Assembly (NCBI GenBank): GCA_012798485.1
Contig: JAAZND010000065.1
Coordinates: forward strand, 1 to 36,397
Length of the DNA stretch: 36,397 nt
Origin: Candidatus Beckwithbacteria bacterium
GTDB lineage: Bacteria; Patescibacteriota; Microgenomatia; UBA1400; UBA1449
Direction: 5' to 3'
The position numbers and the translations under genes were made by a program. The notes beneath the pieces are model-generated. The model was not told the origin of the DNA. It ran no database searches and saw only the letters and a program-made list of their open reading frames with translations. Every line of letters begins with the position of its first letter. Position 1 is the first letter of the stretch. Below, piece by piece: positions 7,498 to 15,803 of this stretch.

Positions 7498-10400
7498 ATG
7501 AAAAATATTGTCGATTTTGAAACATTAACTTTAAAAATTGCTTCTCCAGAAGAAATTTTATCTTGGTCTCACGGAGAGGTTTTAAAACCAGAAACTATTA
7601 ATTATCGTACTTTAAAGCCAGAAAAAGATGGTTTATTTTGTGAGAGAATTTTTGGACCTTCCAAAGATTGGGAATGTTATTGTGGTAAATATAAGAGAAT
7701 TCGTTATCGTGGCATTATCTGTGATAAATGTGGAGTAGAAGTGACTCTTTCTCGTGTGAGAAGAGAAAGAATGGGACATATCAAACTTGCTTGTCCAGTT
7801 GCTCATATTTGGTTTTTCAAAGGTATTCCTTCCAAAATTTCTTTACTTTTAGATATTTCTCCTAGAGCTTTATCTGGAGTGATTTACTTTGCTCGTTATG
7901 TGGTTTTGACAGTAGACGAAGCCAAAAGAAAAGATATTTTAAATAATTTAAGTAATAAATTAGTCGAAATTAAAAAAGAACTAGAAGAAAATAATAAAAA
8001 AGTGATTGAACAGATAGAAGCTAAAGGTGAAAAACAATTAACTGAAATTAAAGAAAAAATCAAATCAAAAGATCAACAAAAAATTACTATTGAAGAAGCT
8101 AAAATCAAGATTAAAAAAGAAATGACTCGAGCTAAAGAAAATTTAGTTAAAGAAAAAGAAACAGCTGAAGAAGTGTTTAAAACTGTTAGTGCTTTGGTCA
8201 AAAGATTGGAAGAAAGATCAGTTTTGACAGAAGATGAATATCTGAAATTAATGGATTATGATGCTGATCAATTCTTAGAAGTTTCCATGGGAGCTGAAAG
8301 TATTTTAAAACTTTTATCTCGTCTTGATCTGGAAAAAGAATCAGAAAAGTTGAGAAAAACTTCTCGTACCGCCAAAGGTCAAAAAAGAATTAAAGCTATT
8401 AAAGTTTTAAGAATTGTGGAAGGGCTTAAAAAAGCAGCTATTGATCCAACTTGGATGATTCTCAAAAACCTTCCTGTTATTCCACCTGACTTGCGTCCAA
8501 TGGTTCAATTATCTGGCGGAAGATTTGCTACTTCTGATCTTAATGATTTATATCGAAGAGTCATTAATCGCAACAATCGTTTAAAACATTTAATTAATCT
8601 TGGAGCTCCAGAAATTATTTTGCGAAATGAAAAAAGAATGCTTCAAGAAGCTGTTGACACGCTGATTGATGCCTCTCATGCTCGTCAAACCAGAAGAAGA
8701 GGGACCAAAGAACTTAAATCATTATCAGAGGTTTTAAAAGGCAAACAAGGACGTTTCCGTCAAAATTTGCTGGGAAAACGTGTTGATTACTCAGGAAGAT
8801 CTGTGATTGTGGTTGGACCAGAACTGCGACTTAATCAATGTGGTTTGCCAAAAGACATGGCTCTGGAAATGTTTAAACCTTATGTTTTGCATGAATTAAT
8901 TGCCAAAGGAATTGCTCCAAATGTCAAAACCGCCAAACAGATTTTGGAAAACAAACCACCTGAAGTTTATGATATTTTGGAACAAATTACCGCTAATCAT
9001 CCAGTTTTACTTAACCGTGCTCCTACTTTACACAAATTAGGTATTCAGGCTTTCTTCCCAGTTTTAACTGAAGGAAACGCTATTCGTTTACATCCTTGTG
9101 TTTGTAGTGGTTATAATGCTGATTTTGATGGTGATCAGATGGCTGTGCATGTACCATTATCAAAAGATTCTCAACAGGAAGCGATTGACTTGATGATGCC
9201 TGAGAAGAATTTACTTAAACCAGCTGATGGATCTCCTATTACTTTGCCAAATAAAAATATGGCATTAGGACTATACTTTTTAACTACCATTGATGAAGCG
9301 GTAGAACCTTCTCAGACTATTTTTGCCAACGAAATCGAAGCTAATAATGCTTACCAGACTGGCAGAATTGGTCTAAAACAACCTATCACAGTCAGAGTAG
9401 AAGGAAAATTAGTAGAGACAACAGTTGGACGCTTATGGTTTAATGAGATTTTACCTGTAGATATGAACTTTTTGAATCAAAATATCGACGCTGCAGCTAT
9501 CAAAAGATTAATGCAGGAAGCTATGGCTAAATATGATACAGCTACAGTGATGGATATTGTTGATAATATCAAAAATTTAGGTTTTAAAGGAGAAACTTTA
9601 TCTGGAATTTCTGTTTCAGTCAATGATTGTAAAACCATCAAGGAAAAAGGAGAAATGATTAGGGAAGCCAATAAAAAAGCAGAAAAAATTGAAGAGAACT
9701 ATAAATTAGGTTTAATCACGCGTGAAGAAAAGAAACGTTTATCTATTGATTTATGGCTTAAAACTACTGATGAAGTGGCTGATAAAACCTGGGATGCTTT
9801 TACTCCAGATAATCCTGTCAAAATCATGATTCAATCAGGAGGAACTAGAGCTTCTAAAGATCAGGTGAAACAGCTGGCTGCTATGAGAGGTTTATCTGTT
9901 GATCCATTAGGGAAAATTGTGGAACTGCCAACTAAATCAAACTTTAAAGAAGGTTTATCTGTGTTTGAATATGTAACTGCTGCTCGTGGTTCCCGTAAAG
10001 GTTTGACTGACTCAGCTGTTAAAACTGCTAATGCTGGTTATTTGACTCGCCGTTTAGTAGATGTTTCTCACGACATGATTGTGCGAACTGAAGATTGTGG
10101 GACTGAAAACTTTTTAGAAATCAATAGAGAAGAAGGAAGAGAAAAAGCTTTTGCTACTAGAATTATGGGGAGAAATGCTGCAAAAACTATTAAAGATCCC
10201 AAAAGCAAAAAAGTTATAGTGGAAAAAGGTCAGATTATTGATGAAAAAGTAGCTGAACTGATTGATAAATCAGAGATTAAAACTGTGGCTATTTTCTCGC
10301 CAATTACCTGTGAAGCCCCTTTTGGTATTTGTCAGAAATGTTATGGTTGGGATTTTTCAACCAAAAAACCAGTTGGAATTGGTGTCCCTGTTGGAGTGAT

Positions 10401-11187
10401 GGCTGCTCAGTCTATTGGAGAACCTGGAACTCAGTTGACGATGAAAATTAAACACACTGGAGGTGTGGTTATGCAGGATGTCACTCAAGGTCTTCCAAGA
10501 GTTGAAGAAATTTTTGAGCTTAGAACTCCAAAAGGATTAGGTTTAATTTCAGAAATTGCTGGTAAAGTCAAGATTGATCAAACTGATGAGGGTTTTGAAA
10601 TTACAATTAAAAATGAAGAAATCAAAGAAGAAAAAACTTATATTGCTCCTTTAACTGCAAGTTTAAAAGTTAAAGATAAGCAATTGATTTCAGCAGGCAC
10701 ACAATTGACTGGTGGAGCATTAGATATTAAAGAAGTATTAAGAATCAAAGGTTTAAGATTTGCTCAGGAATATTTAATTCAAGAATTGCAGGCAGTTTAT
10801 GAATCTCAAGGTATTTCGATTAATGATAAACATTTTGAGGTCATTATCAAAAAAATGTCTGACAAAGTCAAAATTGATAATGCTGGAGATACTGATTTAT
10901 TACCAGGTGAATTAGTTGATCAATATAAATTTAGTAAAGCAAATGAAGCTGTAATTGCCGCTGGTGGCGAACCAGCTACAGCTTTGGTCTCACTTTTAGG
11001 AATTACTCGTGCATCACTGCACACTGACTCTTGGTTATCTGCTGCATCGTTCCAGGAAACCAGTAGTGTTTTGACTGATGCTGCTTCTTTGGGCAAGAAA
11101 GATCACTTGATAGGACTCAAAGAAAATGTTATCATTGGAAGATTAATTCCAACTAGTGAAAAGAGAGCTAGATTAGTAGAAATTTAA
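7498..11187 (+). CDS. rpoC: DNA-directed RNA polymerase subunit beta-prime, with a roughly 100-aa K/E-rich insertion after the Zn-binding region
   Basis: Zn motif CYCGKYK...CDKCGVEV, catalytic [12 protein letters not shown], and trigger-loop region GEPGTQLTM...[12 protein letters not shown]. Confidence 0.98.
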   Translation: MKNIVDFETLTLKIASPEEILSWSHGEVLKPETINYRTLKPEKDGLFCERIFGPSKDWECYCGKYKRIRYRGIICDKCGVEVTLSRVRRERMGHIKLACPVAHIWFFKGIPSKISLLLDISPRALSGVIYFARYVVLTVDEAKRKDILNNLSNKLVEIKKELEENNKKVIEQIEAKGEKQLTEIKEKIKSKDQQKITIEEAKIKIKKEMTRAKENLVKEKETAEEVFKTVSALVKRLEERSVLTEDEYLKLMDYDADQFLEVSMGAESILKLLSRLDLEKESEKLRKTSRTAKGQKRIKAIKVLRIVEGLKKAAIDPTWMILKNLPVIPPDLRPMVQLSGGRFATSDLNDLYRRVINRNNRLKHLINLGAPEIILRNEKRMLQEAVDTLIDASHARQTRRRGTKELKSLSEVLKGKQGRFRQNLLGKRVDYSGRSVIVVGPELRLNQCGLPKDMALEMFKPYVLHELIAKGIAPNVKTAKQILENKPPEVYDILEQITANHPVLLNRAPTLHKLGIQAFFPVLTEGNAIRLHPCVCSGYNADFDGDQMAVHVPLSKDSQQEAIDLMMPEKNLLKPADGSPITLPNKNMALGLYFLTTIDEAVEPSQTIFANEIEANNAYQTGRIGLKQPITVRVEGKLVETTVGRLWFNEILPVDMNFLNQNIDAAAIKRLMQEAMAKYDTATVMDIVDNIKNLGFKGETLSGISVSVNDCKTIKEKGEMIREANKKAEKIEENYKLGLITREEKKRLSIDLWLKTTDEVADKTWDAFTPDNPVKIMIQSGGTRASKDQVKQLAAMRGLSVDPLGKIVELPTKSNFKEGLSVFEYVTAARGSRKGLTDSAVKTANAGYLTRRLVDVSHDMIVRTEDCGTENFLEINREEGREKAFATRIMGRNAAKTIKDPKSKKVIVEKGQIIDEKVAELIDKSEIKTVAIFSPITCEAPFGICQKCYGWDFSTKKPVGIGVPVGVMAAQSIGEPGTQLTMKIKHTGGVVMQDVTQGLPRVEEIFELRTPKGLGLISEIAGKVKIDQTDEGFEITIKNEEIKEEKTYIAPLTASLKVKDKQLISAGTQLTGGALDIKEVLRIKGLRFAQEYLIQELQAVYESQGISINDKHFEVIIKKMSDKVKIDNAGDTDLLPGELVDQYKFSKANEAVIAAGGEPATALVSLLGITRASLHTDSWLSAASFQETSSVLTDAASLGKKDHLIGLKENVIIGRLIPTSEKRARLVEI

Positions 11188-11229
11188 GTTAAAAATTTTT
11201 AATTTTTAACTTAAAATTTTTAATTTTAA
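11188..11229 (+). promoter_or_regulatory. two tandem A/T stem-loops between rpoC and rpsL
   Basis: GTTAAAAATT-TTT-AATTTTTAAC (11188-11210), then TTAAAATT-TTT-AATTTTAA (11211-11229). The GTG start of rpsL follows at 11232. Confidence 0.5.
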
Positions 11230-11231
11230 AA

Positions 11232-11678
11232 GTGCCAACAATAAATCAACTTATTAGAAAACCAAGAACCAAAAAAGCCAACAAAATTAAAGCAACTGCT
11301 TTGAGAAAATCTTTTAATGCTTTAGACCGAAAAATGGTTGGGACTAAAAACCCACAAAAAAGAGGAGTTTGTACTGTTGTCAAAACTATGACACCAAAAA
11401 AACCAAACTCAGCTCTTCGTAAAGTGGCTAGAGTCAGACTTTCCAACAAAATGGAAGTGACAGCTTATATTCAAGGAGAAGGTCACAATTTAGCCGAACA
11501 CTCTGTGGTTTTAGTCAGAGGTGGAAGAGTTAAAGATTTGCCAGGTGTGAAATATCACATCGTAAGAGGTAAATATGATTGTTTAGGAGTAAATGGAAGA
11601 ATGCAGTCTCGCTCTAAATACGGGACCAAAAAAGGCGGAAAAACTGGAGTTGCAAGTAATACCGCTTCAGCTAGTTAA
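11232..11678 (+). CDS. rpsL: 30S ribosomal protein S12 (GTG start, short C-terminal extension)
   Basis: [12 protein letters not shown]..., [34 protein letters not shown]. Confidence 0.98.
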   Translation: MPTINQLIRKPRTKKANKIKATALRKSFNALDRKMVGTKNPQKRGVCTVVKTMTPKKPNSALRKVARVRLSNKMEVTAYIQGEGHNLAEHSVVLVRGGRVKDLPGVKYHIVRGKYDCLGVNGRMQSRSKYGTKKGGKTGVASNTASAS

Positions 11679-11699
11679 TTAGATTAAATTAATACTTTC

Positions 11700-11742
11700 T
11701 AAATTTAAGATGAATAATTTTTAATTTTTCATTTTAGATTTA
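11700..11742 (+). promoter_or_regulatory. AT-rich stem-loop in the rpsL-rpsG spacer
   Basis: AAGATGAA (11707-11714) pairs with TTCATTTT (11728-11735, one G-U), extended by TAAATTT / AGATTTA. The loop carries ATTTTTAATTTTT (11717-11729). Confidence 0.45.
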
Positions 11743-11752
11743 AAATTATTTA

Positions 11753-12235
11753 GTGCCAAGATCAGGAAGAATCAAAAAAAGATTATTAGAACCAGATCCA
11801 ATTTATGGAAACCGTTTAGTGACCAGAATCATCAATCGTATGATGCTTGATGGTAAAAAAGATATAGCTACCAAACAATTTTATAAAGCTTTAGATATTT
11901 TAGCCCAAGTTGATAAAGAAAGTGAACCAGTTGATGTTTTAAGAAGAGCTTTGGACAATATTAAACCAGTGATGGAAGTGAGATCCCGAAGAATTGGTGG
12001 AGCTGCTTATCAAGTTCCTATGCCAGTAAAAGGCGACAGAAGAGAAACTTTAGCGATTAGATGGTTAATCACCTGTGCTCGTAAAAGACCAAATAGCCAA
12101 TTTCATACTTTTGCCGAAAAACTGGCCGCTGAACTTAAAGATGCCTTGAATCATGAAGGAGAAGCAGTCAAGAAAAGAGATATTACTCATAAAGCTGCTG
12201 AAGCTAACAAAGCTTTTGCCCACTTTAGATGGTAG
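11753..12235 (+). CDS. rpsG: 30S ribosomal protein S7 (GTG start)
   Basis: MPRSGRIKKR..., EVRSRRIGGAAYQVP, AFAHFRW C-terminus. Confidence 0.98.
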   Translation: MPRSGRIKKRLLEPDPIYGNRLVTRIINRMMLDGKKDIATKQFYKALDILAQVDKESEPVDVLRRALDNIKPVMEVRSRRIGGAAYQVPMPVKGDRRETLAIRWLITCARKRPNSQFHTFAEKLAAELKDALNHEGEAVKKRDITHKAAEANKAFAHFRW

Positions 12236-12283
12236 AAATTTAGGGTTTAGTTTATAGAGATTAGGTTTTAGTATTTAATATCA

Positions 12284-12317
12284 GGGACAACCCTAGGGTT
12301 GTCCTTTGTAGTTTTTT
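12284..12317 (+). terminator. intrinsic terminator after rpsG
   Basis: GGACAACCC (12285-12293) / GGGTTGTCC (12296-12304) followed by TTTGTAGTTTTTT. Confidence 0.65.
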
Positions 12318-12374
12318 AATGCCAGAAGAGGAAAATCGTGCTCCATCAAGATTGCCTGACGATTTAAATTTGCT

Positions 12375-12620
12375 TTGAATTTAATTATTAATGAGTTTAA
12401 AATTACAGATCCACTAGTTCAAAAAATAATAAGAGATGGCGTGGTTGAATTAGGATTAGAGGCTGTTTTGAGGGAGATTTTTAAAAGAAGATGGATTTAT
12501 TTAGGAATTAGTATTGACGTAGAAAACGATAATATTGAGGCAATGGTTGCAGATTATCTTGAACATGGAAAAGATTTTGTGATAGAGAAATTAAGAAAAC
12601 AAGCTTATAAAAAAGATTAA
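12375..12620 (+). CDS. orphan hypothetical protein inserted between rpsG and fusA (TTG start, or fused to an upstream 19-codon ORF)
   Basis: 81-codon ORF with no family I recognise and no in-frame ATG near its 5' end. The upstream ORF at 12319-12378 (MPEEENRAPSRLPDDLNLL) overlaps its TTG. Confidence 0.4.
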   Translation: MNLIINEFKITDPLVQKIIRDGVVELGLEAVLREIFKRRWIYLGISIDVENDNIEAMVADYLEHGKDFVIEKLRKQAYKKD

Positions 12621-12642
12621 TTTTTGGTAAAATTTGGATAAG

Positions 12643-12672
12643 ACTGCTAAAATAGAGGCAGTATTTTTATTT
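12643..12672 (+). terminator. weak terminator-like hairpin after the orphan ORF
   Basis: ACTGC (12643-12647) / GCAGT (12658-12662), then ATTTTTATTT. It is embedded in the word AAGACTGCTAA, which is shared with 15687-15697. Confidence 0.35.
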
Positions 12673-12768
12673 AAAAAATAAGTAATTATTAATAATAAGA
12701 AGTAGCAGGTATTGATTATCAAGTTTTGTTTTAACTTAATACTAAATACTGACTACTAGCTACTAAAA

Positions 12769-14931
12769 ATGGCTCAACCAACAGGAAAAAAAGATTACAA
12801 AAGACATATGCCTTTAAATAGGCTTCGTAATATTGGAATTATTGCTCATATTGATGCAGGTAAAACTACAACTAGTGAAAGAATCCTTTATTACACTGGT
12901 AAATCTTACAAAATCGGGGAAGTGCATGAAGGAGCTGCTGTCATGGATTGGATGGCTCAGGAGCAGGAAAGAGGAATTACTATTGTTTCCGCAGCTACTA
13001 CCACTTTTTGGACTCCTCAGGTTGTGCCATCCCAAGCTTTATTCCCAGAAGAACATCGTTTTAATATTATCGATACTCCAGGACATGTGGATTTTACTGC
13101 CGAAGTGGAAAGATCTTTGAGAGTTTTGGATGGTGGAGTGACGGTTCTCGACGCTGAAGAAGGAGTGCAATCTCAATCAGAAACAGTTTGGCGTCAAGCA
13201 GATAAATATAAAGTGCCTCGTATCTGTTTTGTGAACAAAATGGATAAAATCGGCGCTGATTTTTTTGCCACCGTCAAAGATGTGGAAGATAAATTGGGTG
13301 TGAGAACCGCCATTTTGACTTTACCAATTGGTAAAGAAAATACTTTTAAAGGCGTTGTTTTACTTTTGGAAAAGAAAACTGTAATTTACAGTGAAGAAGA
13401 ATTAGGCGCTAAATACGAAGTCAAAGATGAAATTCCAGAGGATTTAAAAGCCCAATTTGAAGAAGAAAGAGCAAAACTGATTGAAAAAATCTGTGAAAAT
13501 GATGAAAACTTACTCGAGAGATATTTAGCCGGAGAAGAAATTTCAGTAAAAGAATTAAAACAAGGTTTGAGAAAAGCTGTGCTTTCTTATGATCTTGTCC
13601 CTATTATCTGTGGTTCCTCTCTTAAAAATAAAAGTGTCCAGATTTTACTTGATGCTGTGGTTGATTATCTTCCTTCCCCATTGGATTTACCTCCTGTTAA
13701 AGGGACAGATCCAAACGATGAAACCAAAGAAATTGTGAGAGAACCAAAGACTGACGGACCTTTAACCATGCTGGCTTTCAAAATCCAGACTGATCCTCAT
13801 GTCGGCAGATTGAGCTATGTCCGTATTTATTCTGGAGTTTTAAGGTCAGGTTCTTATATTTATAACGTCAATAAAGATAGCAAAGAAAGAGTGGGACGTT
13901 TACTTTTAATGCACGCCAATAATAGAGAAGAAATTACCGAAGCTTATGCCGGAGAAATTGTTGCCATTATTGGTCTTAAAGAGACTATTACTGGAGATAC
14001 GCTTTGTGAAGATGGAGACAAGATTATTTTGGAAAAAATCTCTTTTGCTGAACCAGTGATTTCTTTGGCTATTGAACCAAAAACCAAAAGTGATCAAGAG
14101 AAAATGGGTATTGCTTTGAAAAAACTTTCTGAAGAAGATCCTACTTTCAAAATTTCTTCCAATGAAGAAACTGGTCAGACTGTGATTTCCGGGATGGGTG
14201 AACTTCATCTTGAAATTTTGGTTGATAGAATGAAGAGAGAATTTAATGTCGAAGCCAATACTGGTAAACCTCAAGTGGCTTACAAAGAAACTATCAAAAT
14301 TGAAGCCACAGCCGAAGGAAAATATATTCGTCAATCTGGAGGTCGTGGTCAATATGGACATTGTTTGTTAAGAGTGACTCCTAAAAAACGCGGTGAAGGT
14401 TATGAATTCAAAAATGAAGTCAAAGGTGGAGCCATTCCAAGAGAATATATTGCTCCAATTGAAAAAGGTGTCAAAGAAGCGATGGAAAATGGCGTTTTGG
14501 CAGGCTACCAATTGGTTGATATGGAAGTGACTGTTTATGATGGAACTTATCACGAAGTTGACTCTTCCGAAATGGCTTTCAAAATTGCCGGCTCTATGGC
14601 TTTACAGGCAGCTGTGCGAAAAGCTGAAATGACTTTACTTGAACCAATTATGAAGCTTGAAGTTTCAGTCCCTGATGAGTTTATGGGAGATGTGATTGGT
14701 GATTTATCTGCTAAAAGAGCTCAGATTCTTGGTACTAATAGCAGAGGAAATACTCGCATTATCACTTCTTTTGTGCCTTTGGCTGAAATGTCATCCTATG
14801 CTACAATTTTGCGCTCTATGACTCAAGGTAGAGGAAACTTTGTTTTACTTCCAAGTCATTATGATGAAGTGCCAAAAAATATTATTGAACAAATTGTTTC
14901 AGAAAGAGGCAAAAATACCAAAACTGAATAA
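12769..14931 (+). CDS. fusA: translation elongation factor G
   Basis: [26 protein letters not shown], and domain IV/V motifs ([31 protein letters not shown]). Confidence 0.98.
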   Translation: MAQPTGKKDYKRHMPLNRLRNIGIIAHIDAGKTTTSERILYYTGKSYKIGEVHEGAAVMDWMAQEQERGITIVSAATTTFWTPQVVPSQALFPEEHRFNIIDTPGHVDFTAEVERSLRVLDGGVTVLDAEEGVQSQSETVWRQADKYKVPRICFVNKMDKIGADFFATVKDVEDKLGVRTAILTLPIGKENTFKGVVLLLEKKTVIYSEEELGAKYEVKDEIPEDLKAQFEEERAKLIEKICENDENLLERYLAGEEISVKELKQGLRKAVLSYDLVPIICGSSLKNKSVQILLDAVVDYLPSPLDLPPVKGTDPNDETKEIVREPKTDGPLTMLAFKIQTDPHVGRLSYVRIYSGVLRSGSYIYNVNKDSKERVGRLLLMHANNREEITEAYAGEIVAIIGLKETITGDTLCEDGDKIILEKISFAEPVISLAIEPKTKSDQEKMGIALKKLSEEDPTFKISSNEETGQTVISGMGELHLEILVDRMKREFNVEANTGKPQVAYKETIKIEATAEGKYIRQSGGRGQYGHCLLRVTPKKRGEGYEFKNEVKGGAIPREYIAPIEKGVKEAMENGVLAGYQLVDMEVTVYDGTYHEVDSSEMAFKIAGSMALQAAVRKAEMTLLEPIMKLEVSVPDEFMGDVIGDLSAKRAQILGTNSRGNTRIITSFVPLAEMSSYATILRSMTQGRGNFVLLPSHYDEVPKNIIEQIVSERGKNTKTE

Positions 14932-14952
14932 GTAGAAATTTAACCAAAAATT

Positions 14953-14982
14953 AAAAACGCTCGAGAAATCGAGCGTTTTTTT
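14953..14982. terminator. bidirectional intrinsic terminator shared by fusA (+) and the small minus-strand ORF
   Basis: ACGCTCGA-GAAA-TCGAGCGT (14957-14976), with an A-run on the 5' side and a T-run on the 3' side. Confidence 0.8.
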
Positions 14983-15148
14983 ATTTCTTATAAATCGACA
15001 GACTTTTGATATTTTTGGTTTTGAGAATTCCTTTTTCTCTTAAAAAAACTGTTCCGCTTTTTTTATCTTCAAAATGATCAATAAATACTGTATTGTTAGT
15101 TAATTTTACTCTGATTCTAGTTCCTTTTTTAAAGCTGCTGTGATTCAT
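14981..15148 (-). CDS. small basic hypothetical protein (55 aa), below the ORF-track length cutoff
   Basis: My own reverse-strand translation: MNHSSFKKGTRIRVKLTNNTVFIDHFEDKKSGTVFLREKGILKTKNIKSLSIYKK*. It converges on the fusA terminator, and its composition matches neighbouring genes. Confidence 0.4.
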   Translation of the reverse strand: MNHSSFKKGTRIRVKLTNNTVFIDHFEDKKSGTVFLREKGILKTKNIKSLSIYKK

Positions 15149-15217
15149 TTTTATAGTTTAACATTTTTAGTTAAAGTTTAACTTTACTTTTAATCTTAAT
15201 CTTATTAAAATGTCTTT

Positions 15218-15640
15218 ATGCAATGGTTGATTTTTGCTTTTCTATCAGCAGTATTTGCAGCCATTACTGCAATTTTGGCTAAAATTGGAGTTAAAGATGT
15301 TAATTCAAATTTGGCAACAGCTATTCGAACGATTGTGATTTTACTTTTTGCGTGGGGAATAGTGTTTGCTCAAGGTACTTACAAAGATTTATCATCTATT
15401 CCTAAACCTACTTTGATTTTTCTTATTCTGTCTGGAATTACTACTGGGCTTTCCTGGCTTTTTTATTTTCGCGCTTTACAACTTGGAGAAGCTTCCAAAG
15501 TTGTTCCTATAGATAAACTAAGTTTAGTTTTGACTATTATTTTAGCCTTTTTTATTCTGCAGGAGAAAATTACCCTCAAAGTTTTACTGGGAGCAGTTTT
15601 AATGACTGCTGGTTCTATCATTATTGCCTTTACCAAATAA
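15218..15640 (+). CDS. single-domain EamA-like (DMT superfamily) small membrane transporter
   Basis: 140 aa with 4-5 TM segments. The motifs AILAKIGVKDVNSNLATAIRT and LSWLFYFRALQLGEASKVVPIDKLS are typical of the widespread ~140-aa EamA family. Confidence 0.8.
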   Translation: MQWLIFAFLSAVFAAITAILAKIGVKDVNSNLATAIRTIVILLFAWGIVFAQGTYKDLSSIPKPTLIFLILSGITTGLSWLFYFRALQLGEASKVVPIDKLSLVLTIILAFFILQEKITLKVLLGAVLMTAGSIIIAFTK

Positions 15641-15689
15641 AACTTCTTGTGTAAATTTCCAAATCTTTGTTATAATACTTTTACTAAAG

Positions 15690-15726
15690 ACTGCTAAGCA
15701 AAAATAGCTTGGGCAGTTTTTTGCTT
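15690..15726 (+). terminator. intrinsic terminator after the EamA gene
   Basis: ACTGC-T-AAGC [AAAAATA] GCTT-GG-GCAGT (15690-15717) followed by TTTTTTGCTTTTG. Confidence 0.7.
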
Positions 15727-15731
15727 TTGTC

Positions 15732-15760
15732 TTGTTTAATTAAACAGGATAAGATATAAT
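15732..15760 (+). promoter_or_regulatory. sigma70-like promoter for tuf: TTGTTT-17 nt-TATAAT
   Basis: -35 at 15732-15737 and -10 at 15755-15760. It lies downstream of the terminator and about 45 nt upstream of the tuf ATG. Confidence 0.55.
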
Positions 15761-15803
15761 TCATTATTAATTAATAAATAAAATTTATTTGAAAGGAGCC
15801 AAG

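Noticed and set aside
15647-15676. Promoter-like TTGTGT-18 nt-(TGT)TATAAT right after the EamA stop
   Set aside because: It would fire directly into the strong terminator at 15690-15726, giving a roughly 40-nt RNA. This is more likely a chance match in AT-rich DNA. The TTGTTT-17-TATAAT downstream of the terminator is the better tuf promoter.
15789-15803. TTG start for tuf given by the ORF track (MKGAKMATF...)
   Set aside because: The ATG at 15804 has GAAAGGAG at the proper distance upstream and yields a canonical EF-Tu N-terminus. The TTG would place the Shine-Dalgarno inside the coding sequence.
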